NCBI GenBank assembly: GCA_934148995.1
Contig: CAKPDM010000002.1
Coordinates: 63,487-127,486, forward strand
From: an uncultured Bacilli bacterium
GTDB lineage: Bacteria > Bacillota_I > Bacilli_A > RF39 > UBA660
Direction: 5' to 3'
DNA length: 64,000 bases
The translations under genes were made by a program, and so were the position numbers. The notes beneath the pieces were generated by a model, which saw only the letters and a list, made by a program, of their open reading frames with translations, had not been told where the DNA came from and did not search any database. Every line of letters begins with the position of its first letter. Position 1 is the first letter of the stretch. Below, piece after piece: positions 41,593 through 51,663 of this stretch.

Positions 41593-42867
41593 ATGGAACG
41601 AAAAATAGAAAAATTCTTTCAAAGATGGAAGGAAGATAAGGTAAGAAAACCTCTTCTTCTATTTGGACTAAAACAAGTTGGAAAGACATACACAGTCCTA
41701 GAATTTGGAAGAAAAAATTATAAAAATATTGCTTATTTTAATACCTTACATAATGAAGATTTATTGAAAGTTTTAAAAAAAGAACGTTCAATTGCTAGAC
41801 TAGTAAATGTTTTAGCTGATTTAGCAGATGTTCCTATTGAAAAAAATGATACGCTGATAATTTTTGATAATGTAGAAGATGAAGAAATAATTAAAAGCAT
41901 AAAGCTATTTGGTTTTGATAGAAATGACTATCATGTAATTGCCATAACTTCAAGAAGAGAAAATTTAGTTAAATTTAGTAGCGAAGAATTACAATATAAA
42001 TTTATGACTGAAATGGACTTTGAAGAGTATTTGTGGGCAAGAGACGAAAAAGAATTGGCAGACCTTATTAGAAAATCATATCAGAATAAAAAAGTTTGTT
42101 CTAAACATGCTAAGATAATTGACTTATTCTATGATTATCTATTAACAGGTGGTTTTCCAGAAGTTGTTAAAGAATCATTTCAAAACATTAGTAGAGGTTA
42201 CTATGAAAGTGTTAAAGAAAAAATTTCTGAAATACTTAGAACATTCCTAACTGAATGTGATAATCTGATAGATATTCCAAGAGGTTTAGAAGTCTTAGAT
42301 AGTATTCCTAGTCAGTTAGAAAAAGAAAATAAAAAGTTTCAATACGGAGTTTTAGGTTATGGAAGAAGAGCTAAGGAATATGAAAATGTTATTAAATATT
42401 TAGTTAGTAATCAATTACTTTATCGTAGTTATAAAATAAGAACAATAAAATCACCTTTATCAAGTTGTCGTGAATTAGATAGCTTTAAACTATACTATCC
42501 TGATGATGGAATATTGTCAGGTAAATATCATTTAACAAAAAAACAACTATTAGAAAAAACAGACTTAAAGTATGCTCTTTTTGAAAATCATATAGCACAT
42601 ACTTTGTTTGAAGCTGGTTATTCTCTTTATTATTATCAATCAGAAGGAAAAGCAGAAGTTAACTTTGTCATTCAAAATAGAATGGGAAAAGTAATTCCTA
42701 TTGAAATAGTAAAACAAGGTTCTAAGTCTAAGAGTTTGTCAGTATTTATGAAAAAATATGTGGTGACAGATGCCTATCGAATTACAGAAAATAATTTTTC
42801 ACTAAAAAAAGGTGTTTATTATTTACCTATTTATGCGGTATTTTGTTTAAATGAACAGATATATTAG
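41593..42867 (+). CDS. AAA-type ATPase of the COG1373 kind (AAA_14 plus DUF4143-like C-terminus)
   Basis: 424 aa. The P-loop is LFGLKQVGKTYT, the Walker-B-like segment is LIIFDNVEDEE, and the C-terminal EVNFVI...IPIEIV resembles a restriction-endonuclease-like fold segment. Confidence 0.65.
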   Translation: MERKIEKFFQRWKEDKVRKPLLLFGLKQVGKTYTVLEFGRKNYKNIAYFNTLHNEDLLKVLKKERSIARLVNVLADLADVPIEKNDTLIIFDNVEDEEIIKSIKLFGFDRNDYHVIAITSRRENLVKFSSEELQYKFMTEMDFEEYLWARDEKELADLIRKSYQNKKVCSKHAKIIDLFYDYLLTGGFPEVVKESFQNISRGYYESVKEKISEILRTFLTECDNLIDIPRGLEVLDSIPSQLEKENKKFQYGVLGYGRRAKEYENVIKYLVSNQLLYRSYKIRTIKSPLSSCRELDSFKLYYPDDGILSGKYHLTKKQLLEKTDLKYALFENHIAHTLFEAGYSLYYYQSEGKAEVNFVIQNRMGKVIPIEIVKQGSKSKSLSVFMKKYVVTDAYRITENNFSLKKGVYYLPIYAVFCLNEQIY

Positions 42868-42882
42868 AAAGAAGGATATAAA

Positions 42883-44379
42883 TTGAAAAAAGTATTATTG
42901 ACAATCATAGATGGTTTTGGTTATCGTGAAGAAAAGAAAGGAAATGCAGTAATTGCAGCTAATCCAGCAAATATTATCTCTTTATGGAAGGAGTATCCAC
43001 ATACCACTTTACAAGCAAGTGGTGAAGAAGTAGGACTTCCTAAAGGACAAATGGGAAACAGTGAAGTAGGTCACTTAAATATTGGAGCAGGACGTGTTGT
43101 TGATCAACCACTTATGCAAATAAATCATGCTATTGAAGATGGAAGTTTCTTTAAGAATGAAGTGCTTCTTGATGTTATTAATCATTGTAAGAAAAATAAG
43201 TCAGCCCTACATTTATTCTGTTTACTTAGTGATGGTGGTATTCATTCACATATAAATCATTTATTTGCTATGTTAGATTTATGTAAAAAAGAAGAATTTT
43301 CTAATGTTTATGTACATGCTTTTTTAGATGGAAGAGATACTCTACCTAATGTAGCTTTAACTTATTTAGATGAATTAGATAAAAAATTAAAAGAACTAGG
43401 TATTGGTAAACTTCGTGATGTGTCAGGAAGATATTATTCTATGGATAGAGAAAGAATGTGGAATTTAACTAAAGAATATTATGATTTACTAGTACATAAT
43501 GAAGGAGAAAAAATATCATCTTGTAAAGAATATATTAATGCTTCTTATGAAAAAGGTATAATGGATGAGTTTATTGTTCCAGCAAGATTAATGGATGAAG
43601 GGAACTTAAAAGAAAATGATGGTATGGTAATGGTAAACTTTAGACCAGATCGTATTACTCAGTTGTTTACCGCTATAACTAATAAAGAATTTAAAGAATT
43701 TGAACGTGTTGATTTTAAAAATACTAAATTAGTTACAATGATGACACCTGAACATATAGTTATTTCAACACCAGCATTTCCACCAATGCATCTTACTAAT
43801 ACTTTAGGAGAATATGCTGCTTCAAAAGGACTTAAAGTATTAAGAATAGCTGAAGCTAGTAAATATCCACACGTTACTTATTTCTTTGATGGTGGTGAAG
43901 AAAAAGAATTACCAAATACTGATAAAATAATTGTACCTCGTAAAGATGTAGCAACTTATGATTTATATCCAAAAATGAGTGCTTATGAAGTAGCAGATAA
44001 ATTGATTGAAGTAATGGATAATTATGATTTAGTTATTTTAAACTTTGCTAATTGTGATATGGTTGGTCATACTGGTAAATTTGATAAAGTAGAAGAAGCT
44101 GTTCGAGCAGTAGATGAAAATGTTAAAAGATTATATGATGCTTCTTTAGAAAAAGGCTTTACTATGTTTGTAACAGCTGACCATGGTAATTCTGAAGTAA
44201 TGGTTGATGATAAGGATGAGATAATTACTTCTCATACAACTTCACCTGTGCCATTTATTATCACTGATAACAACATTAAAAATATTAAAAGTGGTAAGTT
44301 AGGAGATATTGCTCCAACTATTTTAGAGTATATGGGACTAGATATACCAACAGAAATGACAGGAAATAAATTAATTTAA
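42883..44379 (+). CDS. gpmI: 2,3-bisphosphoglycerate-independent phosphoglycerate mutase
   Basis: 498 aa with a TTG start behind AAGGA. Contains ILDGFGYRE-type (TIIDGFGYREEKKGNA), MGNSEVGHLNIGAGR, DGGIHSH, NFANCDMVGHTG and TADHGN. Confidence 0.95.
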   Translation: MKKVLLTIIDGFGYREEKKGNAVIAANPANIISLWKEYPHTTLQASGEEVGLPKGQMGNSEVGHLNIGAGRVVDQPLMQINHAIEDGSFFKNEVLLDVINHCKKNKSALHLFCLLSDGGIHSHINHLFAMLDLCKKEEFSNVYVHAFLDGRDTLPNVALTYLDELDKKLKELGIGKLRDVSGRYYSMDRERMWNLTKEYYDLLVHNEGEKISSCKEYINASYEKGIMDEFIVPARLMDEGNLKENDGMVMVNFRPDRITQLFTAITNKEFKEFERVDFKNTKLVTMMTPEHIVISTPAFPPMHLTNTLGEYAASKGLKVLRIAEASKYPHVTYFFDGGEEKELPNTDKIIVPRKDVATYDLYPKMSAYEVADKLIEVMDNYDLVILNFANCDMVGHTGKFDKVEEAVRAVDENVKRLYDASLEKGFTMFVTADHGNSEVMVDDKDEIITSHTTSPVPFIITDNNIKNIKSGKLGDIAPTILEYMGLDIPTEMTGNKLI

Positions 44380-44395
44380 TATTTATAGAGGGTTT

Positions 44396-44713
44396 ATGGT
44401 AAGTAAAAATAGTAATCTTATTTTAGAAAAGCAGCAAACTTGTGAACATCTTGCTTGGTATTTGCTAGATAAAACTGTTATTAATGATAAGACATACTTT
44501 GATTGTCAGTGTCTTTCTTGTAGAAAAATTGAAGAAAGAAAAGCGGAATATTTTAATGATAAAAATGTTATTATTGAAAGCGAAAAAGTTAGATGTAAAG
44601 AAAGATATGGTGCAATTGTCTGTCTTTATCTAGATTATTTAGTTAGTAGTGAAATTGATAGTGATGTAGTAAATAAGAGTAAAAAGTTTGTTAAAGTAAT
44701 GAATAGAAAGTAA
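44396..44713 (+). CDS. hypothetical Cys-rich small protein
   Basis: 105 aa containing CQCLSCRK and three further Cys. It has no recognisable family and has its own terminator. Confidence 0.45.
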   Translation: MVSKNSNLILEKQQTCEHLAWYLLDKTVINDKTYFDCQCLSCRKIEERKAEYFNDKNVIIESEKVRCKERYGAIVCLYLDYLVSSEIDSDVVNKSKKFVKVMNRK

Positions 44714-44736
44714 CCAGAAATTGGTTATTTTTTTCT
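44711..44736 (+). terminator. terminator after the 105-aa ORF
   Basis: AACCA-GAAA-TTGGTT followed by ATTTTTTT. Confidence 0.55.
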
Positions 44737-44737
44737 C

Positions 44738-44766
44738 TTGATAATAGAACAACTGTATTATATAAT
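44738..44766 (+). promoter_or_regulatory. promoter of the Y-family polymerase gene with an embedded SOS-box-like element
   Basis: TTGATA (44738-44743), 17-nt spacer, TATAAT (44761-44766). The spacer contains GAACAACTGTAT (44747-44758), to compare with GAAC-N4-GTTC. Confidence 0.5.
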
Positions 44767-44788
44767 ATAGTCACATTTAGGAGGAATT

Positions 44789-45985
44789 ATGGCGAGAATT
44801 ATTTTTCATATAGATGTTAATAATGCATTTTTATCTTGGACAGCTGTTAATCTTTTAGAGAATGGTTATAAAAAAGATATAAGAAAAATACCTGCAGTGA
44901 TTGCGGGAGATGAAAAACTTAGACATGGAATAGTTTTAGCTAAAAGTCCAGTTGCTAAAAAATATGGAATAGTAACAGCAGAGACATTATATAGTGCTAG
45001 AAAAAAATGTAAGTGGATAGAAGTTTTTCCTCCTAATCATACTATTTATATGGAACAATCGAAAAAGCTGTATAACTACTTAGCTACTTACACACCTGAC
45101 ATTGAGCAGTATTCAGTAGATGAGTGTTTTTTAGATATGACAGGAACGACCTTATTATATGGTACTGATTATGTTAAATTAGCACATAAAATGAAAGATG
45201 AAATTAAAGAAAAGTTTGGATTTACAGTTAATGTTGGTATAGGAGAAAATAAGTTATGCGCTAAGATGGCAAGTGATTTTGAAAAACCAGATAAAGTACA
45301 TACTCTTTTTATGAATGAAATAGAAACTAAGATGTGGCCTCTTCCTGTTAGTGATTTGTTTATGTTAGGAAGAAGTTCAGCTAGAAAGTTAGAAAGTCTT
45401 GGGATAAGAACAATTGGTGATTTAGCTAAGTGTCCCAAGCAATTACTTGTAAAGCATTTTAAAAAACAAGGTGAATATTTTCTAGAAGCTTCAAGAGGTA
45501 TTGATAATAGTAAAGTAGTTTCCAAAAGGGAAAAAAATAAGTGTATTAGTATTTCTAAGACTTTACCATATGATTATACAAAGAAAGAAGAATTAGAGAA
45601 AATACTATTTGATGAAGTAGAAAGTGTTACTTTTGAACTTAGAAGAAAAAAGCTTTATGCTAAAACAGTAGCGATTACGTATAGAAATTTTTTATTTAAA
45701 AATTATTCTCATCAGATGACTATAGATAATCCGACTAGTTCTACAAATGATATATATAATTTAGTAATTACTTTATTTGAGCGAAGCTGGAAAGAAGACC
45801 CTATCAGAAATATAGGTGTAAGGTTAGCTGATTTAACTTCTGAACGAAAAGAACAGATGTCAATTTTTGATAATACTGAGAAGGTAGAAACAAATAAGAT
45901 GGAAGAAGTAATGGACGATATAATCAGTAGATTTGGTCGAGATAGTGTTAGATTTGCTAGTAAAAGCAAAATTACCAGGCGTTAA
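44789..45985 (+). CDS. Y-family DNA polymerase (UmuC/YqjW/DinB-like translesion polymerase)
   Basis: 398 aa. It has IFHIDVNNAFLSW (DxNxFxxS type), the catalytic YSVDECFLDMTG, and VGIGENKLCAKMASDFEKP. Confidence 0.85.
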   Translation: MARIIFHIDVNNAFLSWTAVNLLENGYKKDIRKIPAVIAGDEKLRHGIVLAKSPVAKKYGIVTAETLYSARKKCKWIEVFPPNHTIYMEQSKKLYNYLATYTPDIEQYSVDECFLDMTGTTLLYGTDYVKLAHKMKDEIKEKFGFTVNVGIGENKLCAKMASDFEKPDKVHTLFMNEIETKMWPLPVSDLFMLGRSSARKLESLGIRTIGDLAKCPKQLLVKHFKKQGEYFLEASRGIDNSKVVSKREKNKCISISKTLPYDYTKKEELEKILFDEVESVTFELRRKKLYAKTVAITYRNFLFKNYSHQMTIDNPTSSTNDIYNLVITLFERSWKEDPIRNIGVRLADLTSERKEQMSIFDNTEKVETNKMEEVMDDIISRFGRDSVRFASKSKITRR

Positions 45986-46042
45986 CACTGCAACTTTACA
46001 CTTTTCTTCAGAATTTTTTTGAAATTTATCAACAAAAATAGC

Positions 46043-46071
46043 TTGTTTTTCTTGAAATAGTATGCTAAAAT
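46043..46071 (+). promoter_or_regulatory. candidate S10 operon promoter
   Basis: TTGTTT (46043-46048), 17-nt spacer, TG-c-TAAAAT (46063-46071). Confidence 0.4.
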
Positions 46072-46077
46072 TAAATA

Positions 46078-46194
46078 CGTGTGACTGCTTAGATGTGAGA
46101 GGTTGCCGATACGCCAGGTTAAGTTGACAATGGAAATCGGGTTATTCGCACGGAGCAAGTCTATACTAGATATAGGCGAAGGGAGGAAGTTACT
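46078..46194 (+). promoter_or_regulatory. GC-enriched, probably structured 5' leader of the S10 operon
   Basis: About 47% G+C by hand count (46081-46190), against about 21% in 46001-46080. A long-range pairing joins GACTGCTT (46083-46090) to GAGCAAGTC (46153-46161). CCGAT (46106-10) pairs with ATCGG (46136-40). TTCGC (46145-49) pairs with GCGAA (46176-80), next to the SD. Confidence 0.35.
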
Positions 46195-46506
46195 ATGTCA
46201 ACAGAAAAAGTTCGTATCAAATTAAGAGCTTATGATCACAGAGTTCTTGATGATGCTGTAACAAGAATTGTAGAAACTGTTAAAAGAAGTGGAGGAGAGG
46301 TTATTGGACCTGTACCATTACCTACTGAAATTGAAAAGTTCACAATTTTAAGAGCTGTTCACAAATATAAAGATAGTCGTGAACAATTCGAAATGCGTAC
46401 ACATAAACGTTTAATCGATATTAAAAATCCTAATAAGGATACAATCGAAGCTTTAAAACGTTTAGACTTACCAAGCGGTGTAGACATTCAAATCAAAATG
46501 ATTTAA
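46195..46506 (+). CDS. rpsJ: 30S ribosomal protein S10
   Basis: 103 aa with [14 protein letters not shown], first gene of the S10 operon. Confidence 0.97.
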   Translation: MSTEKVRIKLRAYDHRVLDDAVTRIVETVKRSGGEVIGPVPLPTEIEKFTILRAVHKYKDSREQFEMRTHKRLIDIKNPNKDTIEALKRLDLPSGVDIQIKMI

Positions 46507-46518
46507 TAGGAGGATAAA

Positions 46519-47253
46519 ATGAAAGGAATCTTAGGAAAGAAAGTCGGAATGACACAAATTTTCACAACAGAAGGAAAATTAATTCCTGTAACTGTTGTTT
46601 CTGTTGAGCCTAACGTTGTAACACAAATTAAGACAACAGGAAAAGAAGGATATGACGCAATTCAATTGGGATTTGATACTATTACTGAAAAAAGAAGTAA
46701 TAAGCCTGAAATTGGTCATACCAAAAAAGCAAATACAGAACCTAAGCGCTTCTTAAGAGAAATCAGGGGCGTTAATACAAATGATTATACTTTAGGTCAA
46801 GTAATTGATGCTTCAATTTTCGAAGCTGGAGAAATCGTTGACGTAACAGGTATTAGCAAAGGTAAAGGTTTCCAAGGTGTTATTAAACGTTATAACCAAT
46901 CTCGTGGACCTATGGGACATGGTTCTCAATATCACCGCGGAGTTGGTTCTTTAGGAACAATGAGACCAATGCACGTATTAAAAGGTAAAAAGTTACCTGG
47001 ACAAATGGGTAATGTAAAATCTACTGTTCAAAATCTTGAAATAGTAGCAGTTGATTTAGAAAACAACATTATCTTAATCAAAGGAAACGTACCTGGACCA
47101 AAGAAAGGTCTTGTTCAAATTAGAACAGCCGTTAAAAAGCCAAATCAAAAAAATGATGCAGCTGACTTAATTACTTATCAAAAGGAAACTAAAGAAGTTA
47201 TCGAAGAAGCTGTAGAAGCACCAGTTGAACAAGTAGAAGAAAAGTCAGAATAA
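46519..47253 (+). CDS. rplC: 50S ribosomal protein L3 (with an acidic C-terminal extension)
   Basis: 244 aa with [15 protein letters not shown] and [19 protein letters not shown]. Confidence 0.96.
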   Translation: MKGILGKKVGMTQIFTTEGKLIPVTVVSVEPNVVTQIKTTGKEGYDAIQLGFDTITEKRSNKPEIGHTKKANTEPKRFLREIRGVNTNDYTLGQVIDASIFEAGEIVDVTGISKGKGFQGVIKRYNQSRGPMGHGSQYHRGVGSLGTMRPMHVLKGKKLPGQMGNVKSTVQNLEIVAVDLENNIILIKGNVPGPKKGLVQIRTAVKKPNQKNDAADLITYQKETKEVIEEAVEAPVEQVEEKSE

Positions 47254-47295
47254 TCATCACGAAAATAAAAGAAAGTGATTGAAGGAGGAAAAAGC

Positions 47296-47919
47296 ATGAA
47301 AAAGGTAAAACTTATAAACCTTAAGGGTGAAGAAGTTAAAGAATTAAAAGTAAATGAAATTTTTGATATTACCCCAAATGATAAAGTATTATATGATGCG
47401 ATTATTCTTCAACAAGCATCATTACGTCAGGGGACACACTCCACTAAAACTCGTAGTGAAGTAAGTGGTGGAGGAAGAAAACCATGGAGACAAAAAGGTA
47501 CAGGACATGCCCGTCAAGGTTCTATTAGAGCTGTTCAATGGGTAGGTGGTGGACGTTATGGAACACCAGTACCACGTGACTATAGTAAAAAACAAAATCG
47601 TAAAGAACGTCGTTTAGCTTTAAAAAGCGCATTTGCTCATAAATTCTTAGATGGAGAAGTTATGGTAATTGAAGAATTAGTTTTTGGAACTCCTAAAACT
47701 AAAGAAATGACAACTTTACTAAAAAATATGAAACTTGAAGATAAGAAAGTATTATTTGTTGTTGACCAATTCGAAGAAAACGTAATATTAGCTTCAAGAA
47801 ATTTACAAAGCGTTGCATTAATTTCTAGTGACGAAGTAAACGTTCTTGATATTGTAAATAGTGACGTTATGGTTATGACAGAAAAAGCTCTTAAAGACGT
47901 AGAGGAGGTGCTTAAATAA
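47296..47919 (+). CDS. rplD: 50S ribosomal protein L4
   Basis: I moved the start to the ATG at 47296 (MKKVKLINLKGEEV), behind GAAGGAGGAA. Contains GGGRKPWRQKGTGHARQGSIRA. Confidence 0.96.
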   Translation: MKKVKLINLKGEEVKELKVNEIFDITPNDKVLYDAIILQQASLRQGTHSTKTRSEVSGGGRKPWRQKGTGHARQGSIRAVQWVGGGRYGTPVPRDYSKKQNRKERRLALKSAFAHKFLDGEVMVIEELVFGTPKTKEMTTLLKNMKLEDKKVLFVVDQFEENVILASRNLQSVALISSDEVNVLDIVNSDVMVMTEKALKDVEEVLK

Positions 47920-48200
47920 TGGATACTAAGTATTTAGAAATCATTAAAGCTCCCGTTATTACTGAAAAAAGTGGAGTTATAGCACAAAATGGAAAATATG
48001 TTTTCAAAGTTGATTCTAGAGCTAATAAAATAGAAATTAAACAAGCTATTGAAAAAATATTTAATGTTCATGTTAAAGAAATTAGAACAATCAATGTAAA
48101 ACCTAAGAAAAGAAGAGTTGGACGCTATACTGGTCTTACAAATCGTTGTAAGAAAGCTATTGTTAAGTTAGCTGAAGGCGAAGAAATTAATCTTGGTTAG
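47919..48200 (+). CDS. rplW: 50S ribosomal protein L23
   Basis: 93 aa with IIKAPVITEKS. The start overlaps the rplD stop (TAATG). Confidence 0.95.
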   Translation: MDTKYLEIIKAPVITEKSGVIAQNGKYVFKVDSRANKIEIKQAIEKIFNVHVKEIRTINVKPKKRRVGRYTGLTNRCKKAIVKLAEGEEINLG

Positions 48201-48217
48201 AAGGAGGAAAATAAGTT

Positions 48218-49048
48218 ATGGCAATTAAAAAATTTAGACCTACTACACCAGGACAAAGAAATAAAAGTACTCTTGTCAATGAAGAAATAACAAAAAGTAC
48301 ACCAGAAAAGAGTTTAGTTGTAACACTTAATAAGAAAGCTGGTCGTAATAATCAAGGTAAAATAACTGTTCGTCATCAAGGTGGGGGAGTTAAAAGAAAA
48401 TATCGTATCATTGATTTCAAGAGAAATAAATTTGATGTTGAAGGTGTTGTAGCAAGTATTGAATACGATCCAAATCGTAGTGCTAACATTGCATTAATTA
48501 ATTATTTAGATGGTGAAAAAAGATATATTATTGCACCTAAAGGATTAAAAGTAGGAGATAAAATCGTAGCTGGTTCTAATGTTGATATTAAAACTGGTAA
48601 CGCATTACCTATAATGAATATTCCTGTAGGTACTGTTATTCATAATATCGAACTTCGCCCAGGAAAAGGTGGAAGCTTAGCACGTAGTGCTGGAAGTTCT
48701 GCACAAATCCTTGGTCGTGAAGGAAATTATGTAATGATTCGTTTATCAAGTGGAGAACAAAGACGTGTACTTGGAACTTGTATGGCAACTATTGGTGTAG
48801 TTGGTAATGAAGATTCTAATCTAGTAAAGCTTGGAAAAGCTGGAAGAAAACGTCATATGGGAATTCGTCCAACAGTACGTGGTTCTGTTATGAATCCTAA
48901 CGATCACCCTCATGGTGGTGGAGAAGGAAGAGCACCAATCGGACGTAAAGGACCTGTTACTCCTTGGGGTAAACCAGCTCTTGGATATAAAACAAGAAAT
49001 AATAAACGTACGGATAAATTTATTGTTCGTCGTCGTGGAAGTAAATAG
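48218..49048 (+). CDS. rplB: 50S ribosomal protein L2
   Basis: 276 aa with [14 protein letters not shown] and [18 protein letters not shown]. Confidence 0.97.
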   Translation: MAIKKFRPTTPGQRNKSTLVNEEITKSTPEKSLVVTLNKKAGRNNQGKITVRHQGGGVKRKYRIIDFKRNKFDVEGVVASIEYDPNRSANIALINYLDGEKRYIIAPKGLKVGDKIVAGSNVDIKTGNALPIMNIPVGTVIHNIELRPGKGGSLARSAGSSAQILGREGNYVMIRLSSGEQRRVLGTCMATIGVVGNEDSNLVKLGKAGRKRHMGIRPTVRGSVMNPNDHPHGGGEGRAPIGRKGPVTPWGKPALGYKTRNNKRTDKFIVRRRGSK

Positions 49049-49059
49049 GGAGGAAAATA

Positions 49060-49329
49060 ATGGCAAGAAGTTCAAAGAAAAAACCTTATGTTTTTGATAG
49101 ATTATTAAAAAAGGTAAAAGAATTAAACAAAAGTGGTAAAAAAGAAGTAATTAAAACTTGGTCACGCCGTTCTACTATTTATCCTGATTTTATTGGTCAT
49201 ACATTTGCTGTACACAATGGACGTGAATTTATTCCTGTTTATGTTACAGAAGATATGGTTGGACACAAATTAGGTGAGTTTGCATTAACTCGTAAATTTG
49301 GTGGACACGGAAGCGACAAGAAGAAGTAG
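49060..49329 (+). CDS. rpsS: 30S ribosomal protein S19
   Basis: 89 aa with [29 protein letters not shown]. Confidence 0.97.
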   Translation: MARSSKKKPYVFDRLLKKVKELNKSGKKEVIKTWSRRSTIYPDFIGHTFAVHNGREFIPVYVTEDMVGHKLGEFALTRKFGGHGSDKKK

Positions 49330-49351
49330 AAGACAAGGGAGGAAAATTTAG

Positions 49352-49696
49352 ATGGAAGAGATAAAACAAGCACAAGCAATTGCTAAAATGCAAAGGATTT
49401 CTCCAATCAAGGCACGTCTTGTAGTTGATATGATTCGTGGTAAAAAAGTTAATGAAGCCCTTGCAATTTTAAGTAATACTAATAAAAAAGCAGCCGTTAT
49501 GGTAAAAAATACATTAAATTCAGCTATTGCAAATGCTACTAACAATCATGATATGAAGTTAGAAAACTTATATGTAAGTGAAGCAAGAGTAGATGCTGGT
49601 CCTGTAATGAAGAGAATTCTATTTGATTCTCGTGGACGTATCGGACATAAAGATAAAAGAACAAGTCACATTGTTATTAAAGTGGCAGAAAAATAA
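49352..49696 (+). CDS. rplV: 50S ribosomal protein L22
   Basis: 114 aa with ISPIKARLVVDMIRGKKVNEA. Confidence 0.96.
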   Translation: MEEIKQAQAIAKMQRISPIKARLVVDMIRGKKVNEALAILSNTNKKAAVMVKNTLNSAIANATNNHDMKLENLYVSEARVDAGPVMKRILFDSRGRIGHKDKRTSHIVIKVAEK

Positions 49697-49711
49697 TAAG
49701 GAGGAGAAAAA

Positions 49712-50365
49712 ATGGGACAAAAAGTTGATCCAATAGGACTAAGACTTGGAATCAATAAAGATTGGGAAGCAAAATGGTATGCTTCAAAAAATGATTTCGC
49801 AAAAGTTTTAGCTAACGATCTTAAAATTCGTGAATATATCAAAAAGAATTTAAAGAATGCAGGAATTGCAAAAGTTGAAATTGATCGTACTAATAAGAAA
49901 TGTGAAGTTACCATTCATACCTCTAAACCTGGTGTTATCATTGGACGCGGAGGAGAAGAAATTACAAAGCTTAGAAAAGATATGACTAAGGAAATTGGTG
50001 AAAATATCAATGTTTCTATCGTAGATATTAAAAAAGCTGATTTAAATGCGCAACTTGTTGCTGATTCAATAGCAAGCCAAATTACTAATCGTGCATCATT
50101 CCGTATGGCACAAAAAAGAGCTATTAGAAATGCTATGAAAGCAGGAGCAAAAGGAATTAAAACACAAGTATCTGGACGTTTAGGTGGAGCAGATATGGCT
50201 CGTAGTGAACATTATATTGAAGGAACTATTCCTTTACATACATTACGTGCTGATGTTGATTATGCTACTAGTGAAGCAGATACAACTTACGGAAAAATCG
50301 GAGTTAAGGTTTGGATCTATAAAGGAGAAATCTTAAACAATAAAAAGGCTAAAGGAGGTAATTAA
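49712..50365 (+). CDS. rpsC: 30S ribosomal protein S3
   Basis: 217 aa with [18 protein letters not shown] and a KH domain ([12 protein letters not shown]). Confidence 0.97.
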   Translation: MGQKVDPIGLRLGINKDWEAKWYASKNDFAKVLANDLKIREYIKKNLKNAGIAKVEIDRTNKKCEVTIHTSKPGVIIGRGGEEITKLRKDMTKEIGENINVSIVDIKKADLNAQLVADSIASQITNRASFRMAQKRAIRNAMKAGAKGIKTQVSGRLGGADMARSEHYIEGTIPLHTLRADVDYATSEADTTYGKIGVKVWIYKGEILNNKKAKGGN

Positions 50366-50366
50366 T

Positions 50367-50798
50367 ATGTTAATACCATCAAGAACTAAATATCGTCGTG
50401 TTCATAGATTACCTTACGAAGGCAGAGCTAAAGGTAACGTAGAACTTCATTTTGGTGAGTATGGTCTTATGGCTAAAGAAGGAGCTTGGATTACAGCTAA
50501 CCAAATTGAAGCAGCTCGTATTGCTATGACACGTTATATGAAACGTGGAGGAAAAGTTTGGATTAATATTTTCCCACACTTACCATTAACTGCTAAAGCT
50601 ATTGGTACTCGTCAAGGAAAAGGTAAAGGTAGCGTAGATAAATGGGTTGCAGTTGTTAAAGAAGGAAAAATTATGTTTGAAATTTCTGGAGTATCAGAGC
50701 CTGTTGCTCGTGAAGCTTTAAGACTTGCAAGTCATAAATTACCTATTCAATGTAAATTTGTAAAAAAAGAGGAAGGTGGTGTTACGAATGAAGATTAG
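50367..50798 (+). CDS. rplP: 50S ribosomal protein L16
   Basis: 143 aa with [14 protein letters not shown] and [21 protein letters not shown]. Confidence 0.97.
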   Translation: MLIPSRTKYRRVHRLPYEGRAKGNVELHFGEYGLMAKEGAWITANQIEAARIAMTRYMKRGGKVWINIFPHLPLTAKAIGTRQGKGKGSVDKWVAVVKEGKIMFEISGVSEPVAREALRLASHKLPIQCKFVKKEEGGVTNED

Positions 50799-50988
50799 TG
50801 AAATCAGAGAATTATCAAATGAAGAAATTAATGCCAAATTAAAAGAATCTAAAGAAGAACTTTTTAACTTACGTTTTCAACAAGCTACAGGTAATCTAGA
50901 AAAACCTTCTCGCATTCGTGATTTAAGACACACCGTTGCTAGATTAAAGACCGTTTTAAGAGAACGTGAATTAAAGGAAGAAGTATAG
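50788..50988 (+). CDS. rpmC: 50S ribosomal protein L29
   Basis: I moved the start to the ATG at 50788 ([20 protein letters not shown]), which overlaps the rplP 3' end. Confidence 0.93.
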   Translation: MKISEIRELSNEEINAKLKESKEELFNLRFQQATGNLEKPSRIRDLRHTVARLKTVLRERELKEEV

Positions 50989-50998
50989 GAGGGAATTT

Positions 50999-51259
50999 AT
51001 GGATAAGAAGAAAAGCCATGAGTTAGTAGGTAAAGTTGTTAGTGCTAGTAATGATAAAACAATTACTGTACTTGTAGAAACACATAAAATGCACCCACTA
51101 TATCATAAAAGAGTAAAATCATCAAAAAAATATAGTGTTCATGATGAAACAAATAAAGCTAAAGTAGGAGATGTTGTAAGAATCGTTGAAACTAGACCAC
51201 TTTCTAAAACAAAACATTTCTACTTAAAAGAAATCGTAAAAGAAGCTATAGTTTTATAG
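50999..51259 (+). CDS. rpsQ: 30S ribosomal protein S17
   Basis: 86 aa with [17 protein letters not shown] and [15 protein letters not shown]. Confidence 0.96.
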   Translation: MDKKKSHELVGKVVSASNDKTITVLVETHKMHPLYHKRVKSSKKYSVHDETNKAKVGDVVRIVETRPLSKTKHFYLKEIVKEAIVL

Positions 51260-51284
51260 TAATAGAAAAAGGAGGATGTAATCG

Positions 51285-51653
51285 ATGTTACAACAGGAAA
51301 GTAGATTAAAAGTTGCTGATAACTCTGGAGCACGTGAATTACTAGTAATTCGTGTACTTGGTGGAAGTCATGTTAAGACTGGAAATATTGGTGATGTAGT
51401 AGTAGGAACTGTGAAAAATGCTATTCCAAACTCCCCATACCCAAAAGGTAAGGTTGTAAAAGCTGTTATTGTTCGTAGTAAACAAGGTCTAAGACGTGAA
51501 GATGGTAGTTATATCAAATTTGATGACAATGCTTGTGTTATCATTCGTGATGATAAAACTCCTGTCGGAACTCGTATTTTTGGACCAGTAGCACGTGAAC
51601 TTCGTGAGAAAGATTATATGAAGATAGTATCCCTTGCAAAAGAGGTATTATAA
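51285..51653 (+). CDS. rplN: 50S ribosomal protein L14
   Basis: 122 aa with [18 protein letters not shown]. Confidence 0.97.
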   Translation: MLQQESRLKVADNSGARELLVIRVLGGSHVKTGNIGDVVVGTVKNAIPNSPYPKGKVVKAVIVRSKQGLRREDGSYIKFDDNACVIIRDDKTPVGTRIFGPVARELREKDYMKIVSLAKEVL

Positions 51654-51663
51654 GGAGGTTATT

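Noticed and set aside
44396-44713. The 105-aa ORF upstream of the Y-family polymerase as a YolD-like (UmuD-analogue) partner.
   Set aside because: The position is suggestive, but the sequence shows none of the YolD-like pattern I recall. It has its own terminator (44711-44736), and the polymerase has its own promoter.
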